A DNA stretch of 64,000 nt from Bdellovibrionales bacterium (GCA_965205945.1 CBDBIB010000002.1:263999-327998); one strand, 5' to 3'; numbered from the stretch's first letter, positions 20,049 to 30,120 are shown. Notes: generated by a model from the sequence alone, not told the origin. Numbers and translations are program-made.

Positions 20049-21647
20049 ATGATCAATAGCCTTGAGCTTTTTATAAAAAAAAAAGATGCTAAAGGTGTGA
20101 CAAAAAAATGGTTAGATAGAAGACGTTCTTATTTACAAAAACTTAAGTTCCAAGCAGGACTTATTGCTGGTTATGAAAGTTCTGAAATTCTAGACTATGC
20201 CATGAGTAATGTAAATTTGTATAAAAAAGTTTGGTTTAAAGACTCAGAGGCTGAGTTTTTTAAATATTGTGCTAATAAAAAAGTCATACTATGTGGAGAT
20301 TTTCATAGTTCTCCTTCAATTAAGAGATTTTACATAAGATTGTTTAAGAGTCGCTCTAAATCTTTAGCTTTATCTTCAATTATAGCTTTAGAGTGCTTTG
20401 AAAAAAGTAAGGACTCACTCCTTCAAGAATGGTTAAACGGAAATTTAAGTGATGATAAACTTTTAAAAGATTGTGCATGGGATAAAAATTGGGGTTTTAG
20501 TTGGAAGTCTTATAAAAACTTTATTTTACAACTTAAAAATTTAGGTTTTGAACTTAGGGGGATTAACTCATTAAATAAGGACTTTAAGCAAAGAGATTGT
20601 GAGTTGGCGCAAAACCTTGCAGAATTGTCCGAAAAAGGAAAAAAGATTTTTTGCTTTATGGGGCAGTATCACTTAGGTCCAGAGAATTTACCTAAAAACA
20701 TAGAGCAAGTTTTAGGTGCGGATCAAATAGCTTGCTTACATGTAGACCCTGAAGAGATTTATTTTATATTAGAAGAATATAATTTATTAAAAGATATTCA
20801 GGTTTTAAGTTTAAACAATCATTTTTGCTTTTTAAGCACTCCCCCATGGGTACATTGGCAGAATCATTTACATCATCTTGATAACTTATATAAAGAGGGC
20901 GATGATGAAGAAAATCAAGATAAACTTAGAGGAGAGGATTACAACGCAGTCGTTTTTGACTATGTTCAGCTTTTAAGAAAAGATTTAAATATTACAGAAG
21001 AATTAAAACAAATTGATATAGCTTTTATTGATGAATACCTTATTAAAGGTAGAATTAAGGGGAAAAAAATATACGAGATTATGCAACCTCTTTTAGACTC
21101 AGAAACATCTTTTTATTGGCCGGAGCATGTTGAAGGGATAATGGTTGAAAGCTCTTTAAATCAGGCGGCTTGTGTTGCTGGTAAGTACTTGCATGTAAGT
21201 TTAATGAAAACAGATAAACTTCCATGGGGGGAGACGGACAGTTTTGAGGCATGGTGTTGGCTTGAAGCTATTGGTCATATGTTAAGCAAACTAATCAACC
21301 CTAAAAGAGCAGTAGCTGCTAGGAGTAGTTTAAGCGCATTTTTAAGTGCTCGTTTTGGAAAAAAGCAAGGAGCTAAGCTTTTAAAAACCCTGGTTCACGA
21401 GAATGTATTAGAGCTAGATCAAGGGAGAAAAAAGATCGACCTAAAAGCATTAACATGGCCTGAGATTGTTTATGCATCTCGTTTAAAAGGGTCGTTAGTA
21501 GGAGAAAGCCTTTTTAAATTGTATTTAAAAGGTAAAATCTCCTCAGAAACTTTGCGAACCTATTTAAGTGTACCTATTGATAATAAGAAAAGGTTTAGCG
21601 AGTTTTATAATTTGGTTTTACAACGATTAGATATGAGACAAGATTAA
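20049..21647 (+). CDS. Hypothetical protein with a ChaN-like N-terminal domain
   Basis: VILCGDFH, IALECF, WDKNWGFSW, MGQYHL. Confidence 0.55.
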   Translation: MINSLELFIKKKDAKGVTKKWLDRRRSYLQKLKFQAGLIAGYESSEILDYAMSNVNLYKKVWFKDSEAEFFKYCANKKVILCGDFHSSPSIKRFYIRLFKSRSKSLALSSIIALECFEKSKDSLLQEWLNGNLSDDKLLKDCAWDKNWGFSWKSYKNFILQLKNLGFELRGINSLNKDFKQRDCELAQNLAELSEKGKKIFCFMGQYHLGPENLPKNIEQVLGADQIACLHVDPEEIYFILEEYNLLKDIQVLSLNNHFCFLSTPPWVHWQNHLHHLDNLYKEGDDEENQDKLRGEDYNAVVFDYVQLLRKDLNITEELKQIDIAFIDEYLIKGRIKGKKIYEIMQPLLDSETSFYWPEHVEGIMVESSLNQAACVAGKYLHVSLMKTDKLPWGETDSFEAWCWLEAIGHMLSKLINPKRAVAARSSLSAFLSARFGKKQGAKLLKTLVHENVLELDQGRKKIDLKALTWPEIVYASRLKGSLVGESLFKLYLKGKISSETLRTYLSVPIDNKKRFSEFYNLVLQRLDMRQD

Positions 21648-21658
21648 AGGGGAGGGGT

Positions 21659-22738
21659 ATGAACAGTAGTATAAATAATAAGTGGTATGTTTCTATTCAA
21701 AATAAAGCTAAAGGCCCTTATTCAGACCTTCAAATGAGAGAAAAGATACAAAGTGGAGAGTTTAAAAGGGATATGCTTGTTTATAAAGAAGGGGAGACGG
21801 ATTGGTTATCGTTAGAAAAGCAAGATATTTGGACTCCAGGTTTTATCCCTAAGCATCCTTTAGAAACTAAAGACTCAAGAGATTGGGTTTTATTAGTGGA
21901 AAGTCCAATTAAGCAAGGAGACTATGAACAGCAAGGACCTTTTACTCGATTTGAAGTCGAAGAAAAAGTTAAAATAGGAGAGGTACATTTAAAAGATTTT
22001 TGTTGGAGACAGGGAATGCAAAATTGGCAGCCTTTAGTGAAAACTCATGAGTTAGGATTTCCAAGAAAAGAAAAGATTACTTTTAAAGAAAATAAAAATT
22101 CGGCGGTAAGTTTTACTGCTGATTTTTTAAAAGAGAGTAAAAAAGATGATACAAAAAAAATAGCCTTAGACTTTTATGATCAAATCCCTGAGTTTGTTCC
22201 TCCAGAAGAACTTGAACAAAAAAAAACAAAAACAGATTTAGTTAAAGTTTTTAAAACAAAGTTGTTGCCTCCTATTATAGATAAAGAGGGAGAACAAAGA
22301 GAGATTGTGTCATACTTGGTTTTAGTTGCAGTTTGTTTTTTTACGGCTTTTTACATAGGCTCTTATAACAGTGTAAATATCTTAAAAGGAATTGAGTTTG
22401 TAGGAAAGGGAGCTGCAAGTTTTGCACAAAAAATTCTACCAACAACTCCTAAAATTAGTTATATTTTTTTAAGAGAACTTGCATTAACAAGAGGAACAAT
22501 TTTAGTTAAAACAGATGGTAAACCTGGAATTAATATAATAGCGAAAATTAAAGATGAGAATGGGACAATTATAAGAACTTTAGATGGTAAAAAATCATTA
22601 ACTCTTAAAGCCAATGAAAACGGAGAGGCTTTTTTAGGTATGTCGCAGTTTAAGGTTGAGGTAGGAAAAGCCTATCTTTTAACAACTAAGGTTGGTCAAC
22701 TTACAGCTAAAAAAACTTATTTTCATTCAAAAAAATAA
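21659..22738 (+). CDS. Membrane protein with two GYF_2 (DUF4339) domains
   Basis: WY...GPY...LVYKEGETDW and QGPF...CWRQGMQNW; one transmembrane segment. Confidence 0.75.
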   Translation: MNSSINNKWYVSIQNKAKGPYSDLQMREKIQSGEFKRDMLVYKEGETDWLSLEKQDIWTPGFIPKHPLETKDSRDWVLLVESPIKQGDYEQQGPFTRFEVEEKVKIGEVHLKDFCWRQGMQNWQPLVKTHELGFPRKEKITFKENKNSAVSFTADFLKESKKDDTKKIALDFYDQIPEFVPPEELEQKKTKTDLVKVFKTKLLPPIIDKEGEQREIVSYLVLVAVCFFTAFYIGSYNSVNILKGIEFVGKGAASFAQKILPTTPKISYIFLRELALTRGTILVKTDGKPGINIIAKIKDENGTIIRTLDGKKSLTLKANENGEAFLGMSQFKVEVGKAYLLTTKVGQLTAKKTYFHSKK

Positions 22739-22752
22739 ATAGTAAGGTTTTT

Positions 22753-24456
22753 ATGATTGAAAAAAAAAAATTAAGACTTGCAAAAGATATACAAGAATTT
22801 TTTCTGGAATTATGGACTACTAACGAAATTTATAGGTTTTTAGAAAAACCTAAACAAAAAAAAATGGGACATATTTGCTTACCTGTTTTTAGGCTATCTA
22901 AAGAACTTAAAAAAACTCCAGTATTAATAGCATCACAAGTAGCAAAAAGTATTTCTCTTAAGAACCTTTTGTATATTCAAAAAGTAGACTCTGTTTCTGG
23001 GTATATTAATTTTTTTTGGAAAAGTGATTTTTTAAAAACTACATTAGTAGAATTTTGTAAAAATGATCAGCTTGGTTTTTCTTCTTTAGGTCATGGGAAA
23101 AAAATTATTATTGATTACTCAAGCCCTAATGTTGCTAAACCTATGCACGTAGGTCATTTAAGAGCAACTATTATTGGACAAGCTTTAAGGAATTTGGCTG
23201 AAACACAAGGATTTAAAGTTATAGGACTAAATCACTTAGGAGACTGGGGGGTTCAGTTTGGTAAGCTTGCTTGGGCCTATAAAAAATGGGGGTCTGAGTA
23301 TGATTTTAAAAATAAACCCTTTGAATCCTTATATGATCTTTATGTGCTCTTTCATAGTGAAACTAAAGAACACCCTGAATATGAAGTAAAAGGTGCTAAA
23401 ACTTTTAAAGCTTTAGAAGATGGTGATGAAGGACTTTTAAAGCTTTGGAAAATGTTTATTGATATTTCAATGAAAGAGTATAAAAAAACGTGGAAAAGAT
23501 TAGGTGTTTTTCATGATCTTGTTTGTGGAGAGAGCTTTTATTCAGATAAACTTGATCATATTGTAGGTCTTTTAAAGAGAAAAAATCTTTTAGTTCAAAG
23601 TAAAGGAGCATGGGTTGTTAAACTTGATGAAAAAAGGCCTCCTTGTTTAATTACTAAAAGTGATGGCGCCTCTTTGTATGCCACAAGAGATCTTGCAAGT
23701 GCTCTTTATAGAATGCAAGAGCTTAAATGTGATATTAATTTATATGTCACAGGCCATGAGCAAAAACTTCATTTTTCTCAAATTTTTTCTGTTTTAAAGA
23801 AAATGGGTTATCAGTGGGTAAAAGATTGCCATCATATTTCTTTTGGAATGTATCGCTTTAAAAATGTAGGTAAAATGTCTTCAAGAAAAGGTCAGGTTAT
23901 TAAACTTAATGATGTTTTAAATAAAGCGGTTGAAATAGTGATGAAAAGAATTATAGAAAAAAATCCAAATCTTGAGAATAAAGATAAGACTGCTGAAATT
24001 GTTGGTGTTGGAGCTGTAGTTTTTAATGATCTTTTAAATGATAGAGTTAAAGATGTTGAATTTGATTGGAATAAGGTTACCGATTTTGAAGGTGATAGTG
24101 GGCCTTATGTTCAATACAGTGTTGTTAGATGTAAAAGTATTTTAAGAAAAGCAAAGGGGATTGTTCCTGAGTCTGTAGTGAGTCTTAACCATGAGACTGA
24201 AATAAGTTTAATGAATCTTTTACTAGAGTATGAAGGGGTTTTAAAACTTTCTTTTCAAACTTTTAAACCTAATTATCTTGCAACTTATTTATTAGATGTT
24301 TCAAAAGCCTTCTCCTCTTTTTACAACAATTGTCCGATTATATTAATAAAAGAAGAGGGTTTAAAAAAGACAAGGCTTTTTTTAGTAAATTCAGTTTTAA
24401 AAGTTTTAGTAGCAGGTTTAAAAGTCTTAAACATTAAAGCTCCTGATAAGATGTAG
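22753..24456 (+). CDS. argS: Arginine--tRNA ligase
   Basis: DYSSPNVAKPMHVGHLR, GDWGVQFG, KMSSRKG. Confidence 0.97.
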   Translation: MIEKKKLRLAKDIQEFFLELWTTNEIYRFLEKPKQKKMGHICLPVFRLSKELKKTPVLIASQVAKSISLKNLLYIQKVDSVSGYINFFWKSDFLKTTLVEFCKNDQLGFSSLGHGKKIIIDYSSPNVAKPMHVGHLRATIIGQALRNLAETQGFKVIGLNHLGDWGVQFGKLAWAYKKWGSEYDFKNKPFESLYDLYVLFHSETKEHPEYEVKGAKTFKALEDGDEGLLKLWKMFIDISMKEYKKTWKRLGVFHDLVCGESFYSDKLDHIVGLLKRKNLLVQSKGAWVVKLDEKRPPCLITKSDGASLYATRDLASALYRMQELKCDINLYVTGHEQKLHFSQIFSVLKKMGYQWVKDCHHISFGMYRFKNVGKMSSRKGQVIKLNDVLNKAVEIVMKRIIEKNPNLENKDKTAEIVGVGAVVFNDLLNDRVKDVEFDWNKVTDFEGDSGPYVQYSVVRCKSILRKAKGIVPESVVSLNHETEISLMNLLLEYEGVLKLSFQTFKPNYLATYLLDVSKAFSSFYNNCPIILIKEEGLKKTRLFLVNSVLKVLVAGLKVLNIKAPDKM

Positions 24457-24644
24457 AATGGAGATTTATTCCTAAAAAAAATATTTTAATAGTTCTTATC
24501 ATTTAATGTTGACTTTTTAATCCCTGTAAAGAGATCTAAATAGGAGGATGGAAGTAAGTAAAAAAATAAGAAATCGTTCTACCATTTTTTTAAAAAAATT
24601 GTATCATAAAGCTTAACCACTAAATTTTAAATTAAGGAGGTTTT

Positions 24645-26315
24645 ATGAGCGTACGTAGTCCAATTTTTAGTTTACCAACCCATGAAGTAACTAATATGCC
24701 TCCTCCAATTGGAGATCAGGATTTATATAAAAATGACCTAGCATTAAAAGAAGGCGTTGCACGTAATGGAGCCGATTGGGCATCTCAACTTTTATTAGAT
24801 TTTGGAAAAAAAGTGGGGTCTGAAGTCACAGTAGAGCTTGCTAATCAAGCAAATCAAAACCCACCAAAACTTCGTTCATTTGATGGCAATGGTATGCGTA
24901 TTAATCAAGTAGATTTTCATCCAGCCTATCATAATCTCATGGAGCTTGCTATTAGCAATGATTTACCAACATTTGCTTGGAATAATATAAGAAAAGGCAA
25001 TCATGTGGCCCATGGGGCCCTTAACTACTTGTTAAACCAGGTGGAAGGGGGTGTTCTTTGCCCCATTTCTATGACTTATTCGGTTATTCCTGCCTTAAAA
25101 GTAACAGCCAGTATTGAAAAAGAATGGTTGCCCCGGGTTTTAGGTCGAGAATACGATAAACGAGATATTCCGGCTAAAGAAAAAAACAGTGTGACCATTG
25201 GAATGTTTATGACGGAAAAGCAAGGAGGATCTGATGTGCGAGCAAATTCCACTCAAGCGCGTCCTAAGGGATCTAAACAGGGAGCAGGTGCTCCTTATAT
25301 ATTGTCTGGTCACAAGTTTTTTTGTTCTGCACCCATGTCAGATGCCTTTTTAACCCTTGCTTATACTAAGAATGGGTTGAGTTGTTTTATTATGCCTCGA
25401 TGGCGACCTGATGGCCATCGAAATGGCCTTTATATTCAAAGATTAAAAGATAAAATGGGGAATAAATCTAATGCTTCTAGTGAGATAGAACTGGTGGAAG
25501 CTTATGGGATGATGTTGGGTGAAGAAGGTAAAGGGGTTCAAACGATAATTCAGATGGTTAATGGCAATAGGTATTATTGTAGTATTGGGTCTGCGGGCTT
25601 GATGAGGCAAGCACTTGTGCAAGCTTTGCATTACACAAGTAATCGTATGGCTTTTAAGAAGAAACTTATTGAGCAATCGCTAATGCGTAATGTCTTATCA
25701 GATATGGCAATTGAATCAGAGGCAGCAACGGCCTTATTTTTACGTTTGGGGCGTAGCATTGGTGAGGCAGAGTATGATCCAAAGGAGGCTGCTCTTATGC
25801 GAATAGGAACGGCAATTGGAAAATACTGGATCTGTAAACGCGCATCAGGATTAGTGGGCGAGGCCTTAGAGTGTTTAGGAGGATCGGGTTATGTTGAAGA
25901 AAAAATTCTGTCACGTCTTTATCGAGAAGCTCCTTTAAACAGTATCTGGGAAGGTTCGAGCAATGTTATTTGCTTAGATGTTTTAAGAGCTATGCACCGT
26001 GATTCAAAGGCAATGCCAGCCTTTATGACAGAAATTAATCAGGCTAAAGGCCAGAATCTGTATCTGGATGCCTTTATTATAAATTTAAAGTCAGAAGTTA
26101 AAAATTTAGAATATACAGAGACTCGAGCTAGGCGTATTACAGAAATGATGGCTTTGGCTTGGCAAGCATCCCTTTTGATTCAATTTAGTACCAACGCTAT
26201 TTCTGATGCATTTTGTGCGTCACGGCTTGGAAATCACTGGTCTGGTGCTTATGGCTGTTTATCTAGCGAAACAGATTTTAAAGCCATCCTTAATCGCGCT
26301 CAAGGTATTATTTAA
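24645..26315 (+). CDS. aidB: AidB-family acyl-CoA dehydrogenase
   Basis: THEVTNMPPP, MTEKQGGSDVRAN, GHKFFCSAP, REAPLNSIWEG; AGGAGG RBS. Confidence 0.88.
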   Translation: MSVRSPIFSLPTHEVTNMPPPIGDQDLYKNDLALKEGVARNGADWASQLLLDFGKKVGSEVTVELANQANQNPPKLRSFDGNGMRINQVDFHPAYHNLMELAISNDLPTFAWNNIRKGNHVAHGALNYLLNQVEGGVLCPISMTYSVIPALKVTASIEKEWLPRVLGREYDKRDIPAKEKNSVTIGMFMTEKQGGSDVRANSTQARPKGSKQGAGAPYILSGHKFFCSAPMSDAFLTLAYTKNGLSCFIMPRWRPDGHRNGLYIQRLKDKMGNKSNASSEIELVEAYGMMLGEEGKGVQTIIQMVNGNRYYCSIGSAGLMRQALVQALHYTSNRMAFKKKLIEQSLMRNVLSDMAIESEAATALFLRLGRSIGEAEYDPKEAALMRIGTAIGKYWICKRASGLVGEALECLGGSGYVEEKILSRLYREAPLNSIWEGSSNVICLDVLRAMHRDSKAMPAFMTEINQAKGQNLYLDAFIINLKSEVKNLEYTETRARRITEMMALAWQASLLIQFSTNAISDAFCASRLGNHWSGAYGCLSSETDFKAILNRAQGII

Positions 26316-26366
26316 AGGGGCTATCTCATATTTAATATAATTTTTTTTTAAAACGAGGTTTTAGAA

Positions 26367-26401
26367 AAAAAAGAGAGCTTTTAAAAAAGACTCTCTTTTT
26401 T
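26367..26401. terminator. Bidirectional terminator between converging aidB and lipoprotein copy 1
   Basis: AAAAAAGAGAG...CTCTCTTTTTT inverted repeat. Confidence 0.6.
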
Positions 26402-26424
26402 ATTAATAAAATATTTCTTATTTA

Positions 26425-26931
26425 TTAATTAGCAAGAAGTAAGAACGTACCAAGTATTCCAAGTCCAATTAAGGCCTCTTTAGCACTAAGATGATGATAA
26501 TGTTGACGTTGATAAGTCCATGTACTGTATAGTCTTGGTTGATCTACATAGTAGTATGAACCTGTCCAAATAATATAATCAAGACGGTTATCACCTTGGT
26601 TTAAACACACTTCTTCATAACCATTAGGTGAACTGTGATAGTTAGAGTTTACATAGCGGTTACGATAATTGTTATAATTACTATCTATCCTAACTTTAAT
26701 TTGATTTGAATTACAAAAAGCTGTTGTAGTGGGAACAAGAAGGTTACAAGCTCTTGTATCAGTTTGAGAGTACTGCCAAGTTTGACCATTGTTTATTGTG
26801 TGTGGTTTGTTAGAGCAGGGAAGTGTTGTTACAGTAGTATTTTTATTACCGCTATCACTGTCTCCACATCCTATAAGTAAGCTTAAAGCTATACCTATTA
26901 TAATAATATTTGTTTTAATTAGTTTTTTCAT
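26425..26931 (-). CDS. Putative lipoprotein, copy 1
   Basis: Lipobox LIGC; hydrophobic C-terminal tail. Confidence 0.8.
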   Translation of the reverse strand: MKKLIKTNIIIIGIALSLLIGCGDSDSGNKNTTVTTLPCSNKPHTINNGQTWQYSQTDTRACNLLVPTTTAFCNSNQIKVRIDSNYNNYRNRYVNSNYHSSPNGYEEVCLNQGDNRLDYIIWTGSYYYVDQPRLYSTWTYQRQHYHHLSAKEALIGLGILGTFLLLAN

Positions 26932-26953
26932 ATTTATACCTCATAAACATTAG

Positions 26954-26969
26954 AGCAAGGCTTATGCCA
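26954..26969 (-). promoter_or_regulatory. Sigma54 -24/-12 promoter, lipoprotein copy 1
   Basis: TGGCATAAGCCTTGCT matches TGGCAC-N5-TTGCW spacing, just upstream of the GAGG RBS. Confidence 0.7.
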
Positions 26970-27191
26970 GGTTTAATATGGCAATATTTTCATTTTAAAA
27001 CACTTTGACTGCTTAAAATTGTTACCTCTAAAAACTAAGTAACAGTTTATGACCCCTCTGCGTCCTTTTCCATAAAAGATCAGGGATTAAGCACACTGTA
27101 AAAAAGATGTCTAGTATCAATATTAACCGAGTTTAAGAAACCGCAATTATATTATAAAGTTGAATATATGCCAGGAATACAGGAATTTTGC

Positions 27192-27410
27192 TTAATAAAG
27201 AATTAAGCTTAAAAAGCTCTTTGTAATTAGTTTTATGACTTAAGAGATTTTATGTTATTCTCTTTAATATTTTTTGTTAAAAGTTCTTCACATTTTTTTT
27301 TCAAGTTATATCTTGTGCTGCAAAAGCACCTACGCTTACTCCTAGAAATTTAGTATCATGTCGATTAATTTTGTGAAGGTGCATATTGCACCTTTTTATA
27401 TTATTTAAAT
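27192..27410 (-). pseudogene. Decayed remnant of an ankyrin-array unit (N-cap coding part, upstream block, hairpin)
   Basis: Matches array DNA: aaaaagctctttg, aagagattttatgttattctc, gttaaaagttcttcaca, tgtgctgcaaaagcacctac, tgtcgattaattttgtgaaggtgcatattgcacc. Confidence 0.9.
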
Positions 27411-27465
27411 TAATATGGATATGGTAACATTTTTATTTTAAAACACATAAAATATTTCTTATTTA

Positions 27466-27972
27466 TTAATTAGCAAGAAGTAAGAACGTACCAAGTATTC
27501 CAAGTCCAATTAAGGCCTCGTTAGCACTAAGATGATGATAATGTTGACGTTGATAAGTCCATGTACTGTATAGTCTTGGTTGATCTACATAGTAGTATGA
27601 ACCTGTCCAAATAATATAATCAAGACGGTTATCACCTTGGTTTAAACACACTTCTTCATAACCATTAGGTGAACTGTGATAGTTAGAGTTTACATAGCGG
27701 TTACGATAATTGTTATAATTACTATCTATCCTAACTTTAATTTGATTTGAATTACAAAAAGCCGTTGTAGTGGGAACAAGAAGGTTACAAGCTCTTGTAT
27801 CAGTTTGAGAGTACTGCCAAGTTTGACCATTGTTTATTGTGTGTGGTTTGTTAGAGCAGGGAAGTGTTGTTACAGTAGTATTTTTATTACCGCTATCACT
27901 GTCTCCACATCCTATAAGTAAGCTTAAAGCTATACCTATTATAATAATATTTGTTTTAATTAGTTTTTTCAT
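27466..27972 (-). CDS. Putative lipoprotein, copy 2 (one residue, K/N, differs from copy 1)
   Basis: Same 168 aa protein as 26425-26931 except SAKE versus SANE. Confidence 0.8.
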   Translation of the reverse strand: MKKLIKTNIIIIGIALSLLIGCGDSDSGNKNTTVTTLPCSNKPHTINNGQTWQYSQTDTRACNLLVPTTTAFCNSNQIKVRIDSNYNNYRNRYVNSNYHSSPNGYEEVCLNQGDNRLDYIIWTGSYYYVDQPRLYSTWTYQRQHYHHLSANEALIGLGILGTFLLLAN

Positions 27973-27994
27973 ATTTATACCTCATAAACATTAG

Positions 27995-28010
27995 AGCAAG
28001 GCTTATGCCA
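27995..28010 (-). promoter_or_regulatory. Sigma54 -24/-12 promoter, lipoprotein copy 2
   Basis: TGGCATAAGCCTTGCT. Confidence 0.7.
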
Positions 28011-28139
28011 GGTTTAATATGGCAATATTTTCATTTTAAAACACCTTGATTGCTTAAAATTGTTATCTCTAAAAACTAAGTAACAATTTACGGCTGTAAA
28101 AACTTTTAACACTGAGCTTGAATATGCAAGTAATAGAGG

Positions 28140-28155
28140 TGGTAAAGCTTTTGCA
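28140..28155 (+). promoter_or_regulatory. Putative sigma54 promoter for the divergent lipoprotein gene
   Basis: TGGTAAAGCTTTTGCA with GG-N10-GC spacing. Confidence 0.5.
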
Positions 28156-28181
28156 GTGTAGTTAGAGTATATAATTTTCAT

Positions 28182-28961
28182 TTGGGGGATATAATGAAAG
28201 TATTAAGACTATTAATGATTTTATTAGCCAGTTTGTGTTTAATCAGTTGTGGAGATAATAATAAGAGTGTTAATAAGGCTCAATCTACAAATGGATTAGA
28301 ATTAAGGGGTAAGCCTGTTGTTCAAGCTCAAGGTATTAAAGAAATAAATGCAGTAAGTCCAAATAAGGTTACTTGGGGTAGAATTTTTACAAGCTTAGAA
28401 TGGACGCAAGAAACTCATATGGATTTTAAAAGGCACTTAAAAAGCTTTTTAAGCCCTCAAATATTAGAATCAGAAGTTGGTCAAGTTAGTGGAGATGAAA
28501 CAAACTCTGAAACAGGTATTGCTTTTTGGGGTCAGGGTATTAAATATAATAAGGGTTTAATTACCCCTGGGGTAGGCTTTGTTCTAGAAGAACATGTTTT
28601 TAATGCTGATACGGCAGAATTAAGAATTTCTATATATCAAAAGAAAAATGGGGTTGTTCAAGAAATCCCTATACATTTTAATGATGCTTTAAATGGTAAA
28701 AAATCTGGGCAATTAGTAGATTCAATAGTAGAAGGAAACTATGTTCAGTTAGTTTTTGCTGATTCTTTCGGAAAAGTGAGTTTAAGTGGTTTTATAAATC
28801 CTAAAGGTGAAAATGGTAACGCCTTTTACGAAGGTCAGATTATTTTTAAAAACAATCTGAAAAAGAATGCTGATGGAAGCTTTTTAAATGTTAACCATGA
28901 GCCTGAAGTTTTAGGTGAGTTTAGGGTTTTAGCTTGTGGATTCTTTGAATGTTCTAAATAG
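28182..28961 (+). CDS. Putative lipoprotein (likely start MKVLRLL at 28194)
   Basis: Lipobox LISC; C-terminal CGFFEC. Confidence 0.75.
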   Translation: MGDIMKVLRLLMILLASLCLISCGDNNKSVNKAQSTNGLELRGKPVVQAQGIKEINAVSPNKVTWGRIFTSLEWTQETHMDFKRHLKSFLSPQILESEVGQVSGDETNSETGIAFWGQGIKYNKGLITPGVGFVLEEHVFNADTAELRISIYQKKNGVVQEIPIHFNDALNGKKSGQLVDSIVEGNYVQLVFADSFGKVSLSGFINPKGENGNAFYEGQIIFKNNLKKNADGSFLNVNHEPEVLGEFRVLACGFFECSK

Positions 28962-29025
28962 TTTAATTCCTAGAAAATAGGCAAAACATTTGATAAGCTT
29001 AAGTTTGTAGCTTAGCCTTGATTTT

Positions 29026-30120
29026 ATGAGTTTTATTAATTTAAACCCGAATATTTTAAATATTATATTAGGCTCTAAGTCTATAATAGATATTCCAAAG
29101 CTGTCTATTCACTCAAGAGATGAAGCGATCCAATTTATTTTTACTTATGGTTATGATATTAATAACTATAAAGATGCAAAAATTTTATGGGAAATTCATA
29201 GAAAAGCTATTGAAATTTTAGAAGAAGAAATTCTTGATCTTACAGAAGAGCTTCCCTCAAAAGTAAGAAATAGAGAAGAACTAAAAGATATAACAGATCT
29301 TTTATTAATAGCAAGTTATGCAGATGGATCATTATTACAAAAGTATGGATGTGCAATTTTAAGAGTAATGCATTTAATAATTCATTTAGAGAATGATTTA
29401 TTTACATCTTTTACGGATGACATTCAATATCAGATTTTAAGACCTATAACTGAGCATATTGTGTATAATGAAAGAGGTGCTCAATTTTTAGGTGAAGCTA
29501 AAAAAATAGAGTTAAAGGAATTTTTAGTAAAACCTTTTAAACAGACAAAATCAGGGGTAATAAAGCTTCTTGCCAAAGATGATGTTTTAGCAATGACTTT
29601 GTTAGACAGAGTTGGAGTAAGATTTATTACAAAATCTATTCATGATATTTTTAGAGTGATTCAATACTTTATAGATTATCATTTAATAAGTTTCCCACAA
29701 ACCATAGTAGGTCAGTCAAAAAATATGATTTGTCCTATTGAGATTTTTTTTGAAGCACAAGAGGCTTTTGTGGGTGTTAAGAACGAGGAAGAAGATTTTG
29801 AAAATTTTTCTAAAATATTACATAAAAAATTAGAGAAATGGGCGGTAAAAGGTAATAAGCTTGAAACAAAAAATGAATTTACTGCTGAAAATTTTAAATT
29901 TGTTAAATTTATTAGTCAAAGATTTTTAAATATTGATAGAGGACCTGAAAAAAGTTCATTAAAGTTTTTTTATCCATTTGAGGTTCAAATTATGGATGAG
30001 AAAACTTTTAAAAAAAATGAAGAAACCAATGCTAGTCATTATGCGTATAAAGAAAGGCAAAGAAGAGCTGCAAGGCGTCGTGTTTTGGGCTTTAAAAATG
30101 AAGAAAGTAAATTAAAATGA
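29026..30120 (+). CDS. RelA/SpoT-like nucleotidyltransferase-fold protein (resembles TIGR04552/TIGR04562 families)
   Basis: DRVGVRFIT, FEVQIMD, SHYAYK motifs; family name recalled, not searched. Confidence 0.65.
   Translation: MSFINLNPNILNIILGSKSIIDIPKLSIHSRDEAIQFIFTYGYDINNYKDAKILWEIHRKAIEILEEEILDLTEELPSKVRNREELKDITDLLLIASYADGSLLQKYGCAILRVMHLIIHLENDLFTSFTDDIQYQILRPITEHIVYNERGAQFLGEAKKIELKEFLVKPFKQTKSGVIKLLAKDDVLAMTLLDRVGVRFITKSIHDIFRVIQYFIDYHLISFPQTIVGQSKNMICPIEIFFEAQEAFVGVKNEEEDFENFSKILHKKLEKWAVKGNKLETKNEFTAENFKFVKFISQRFLNIDRGPEKSSLKFFYPFEVQIMDEKTFKKNEETNASHYAYKERQRRAARRRVLGFKNEESKLK

Larger units (their letters stand above)
26406..28090. repeat. ~644 bp direct duplication (26406-27049 and 27447-28090; offset 1041)
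   Basis: Near-identical copies covering the lipoprotein gene and its upstream region. Confidence 0.95.

Noticed and set aside
26915..26931. Shared MKKLI start between the lipoprotein and the ankyrin proteins as evidence of common origin
   Set aside because: This is a generic signal-peptide start in AT-rich genomes, and the flanking DNA does not match.
27376..27397. Fossil hairpin as a working terminator for lipoprotein copy 2
   Set aside because: The deletion removed the U-tract on the minus strand.
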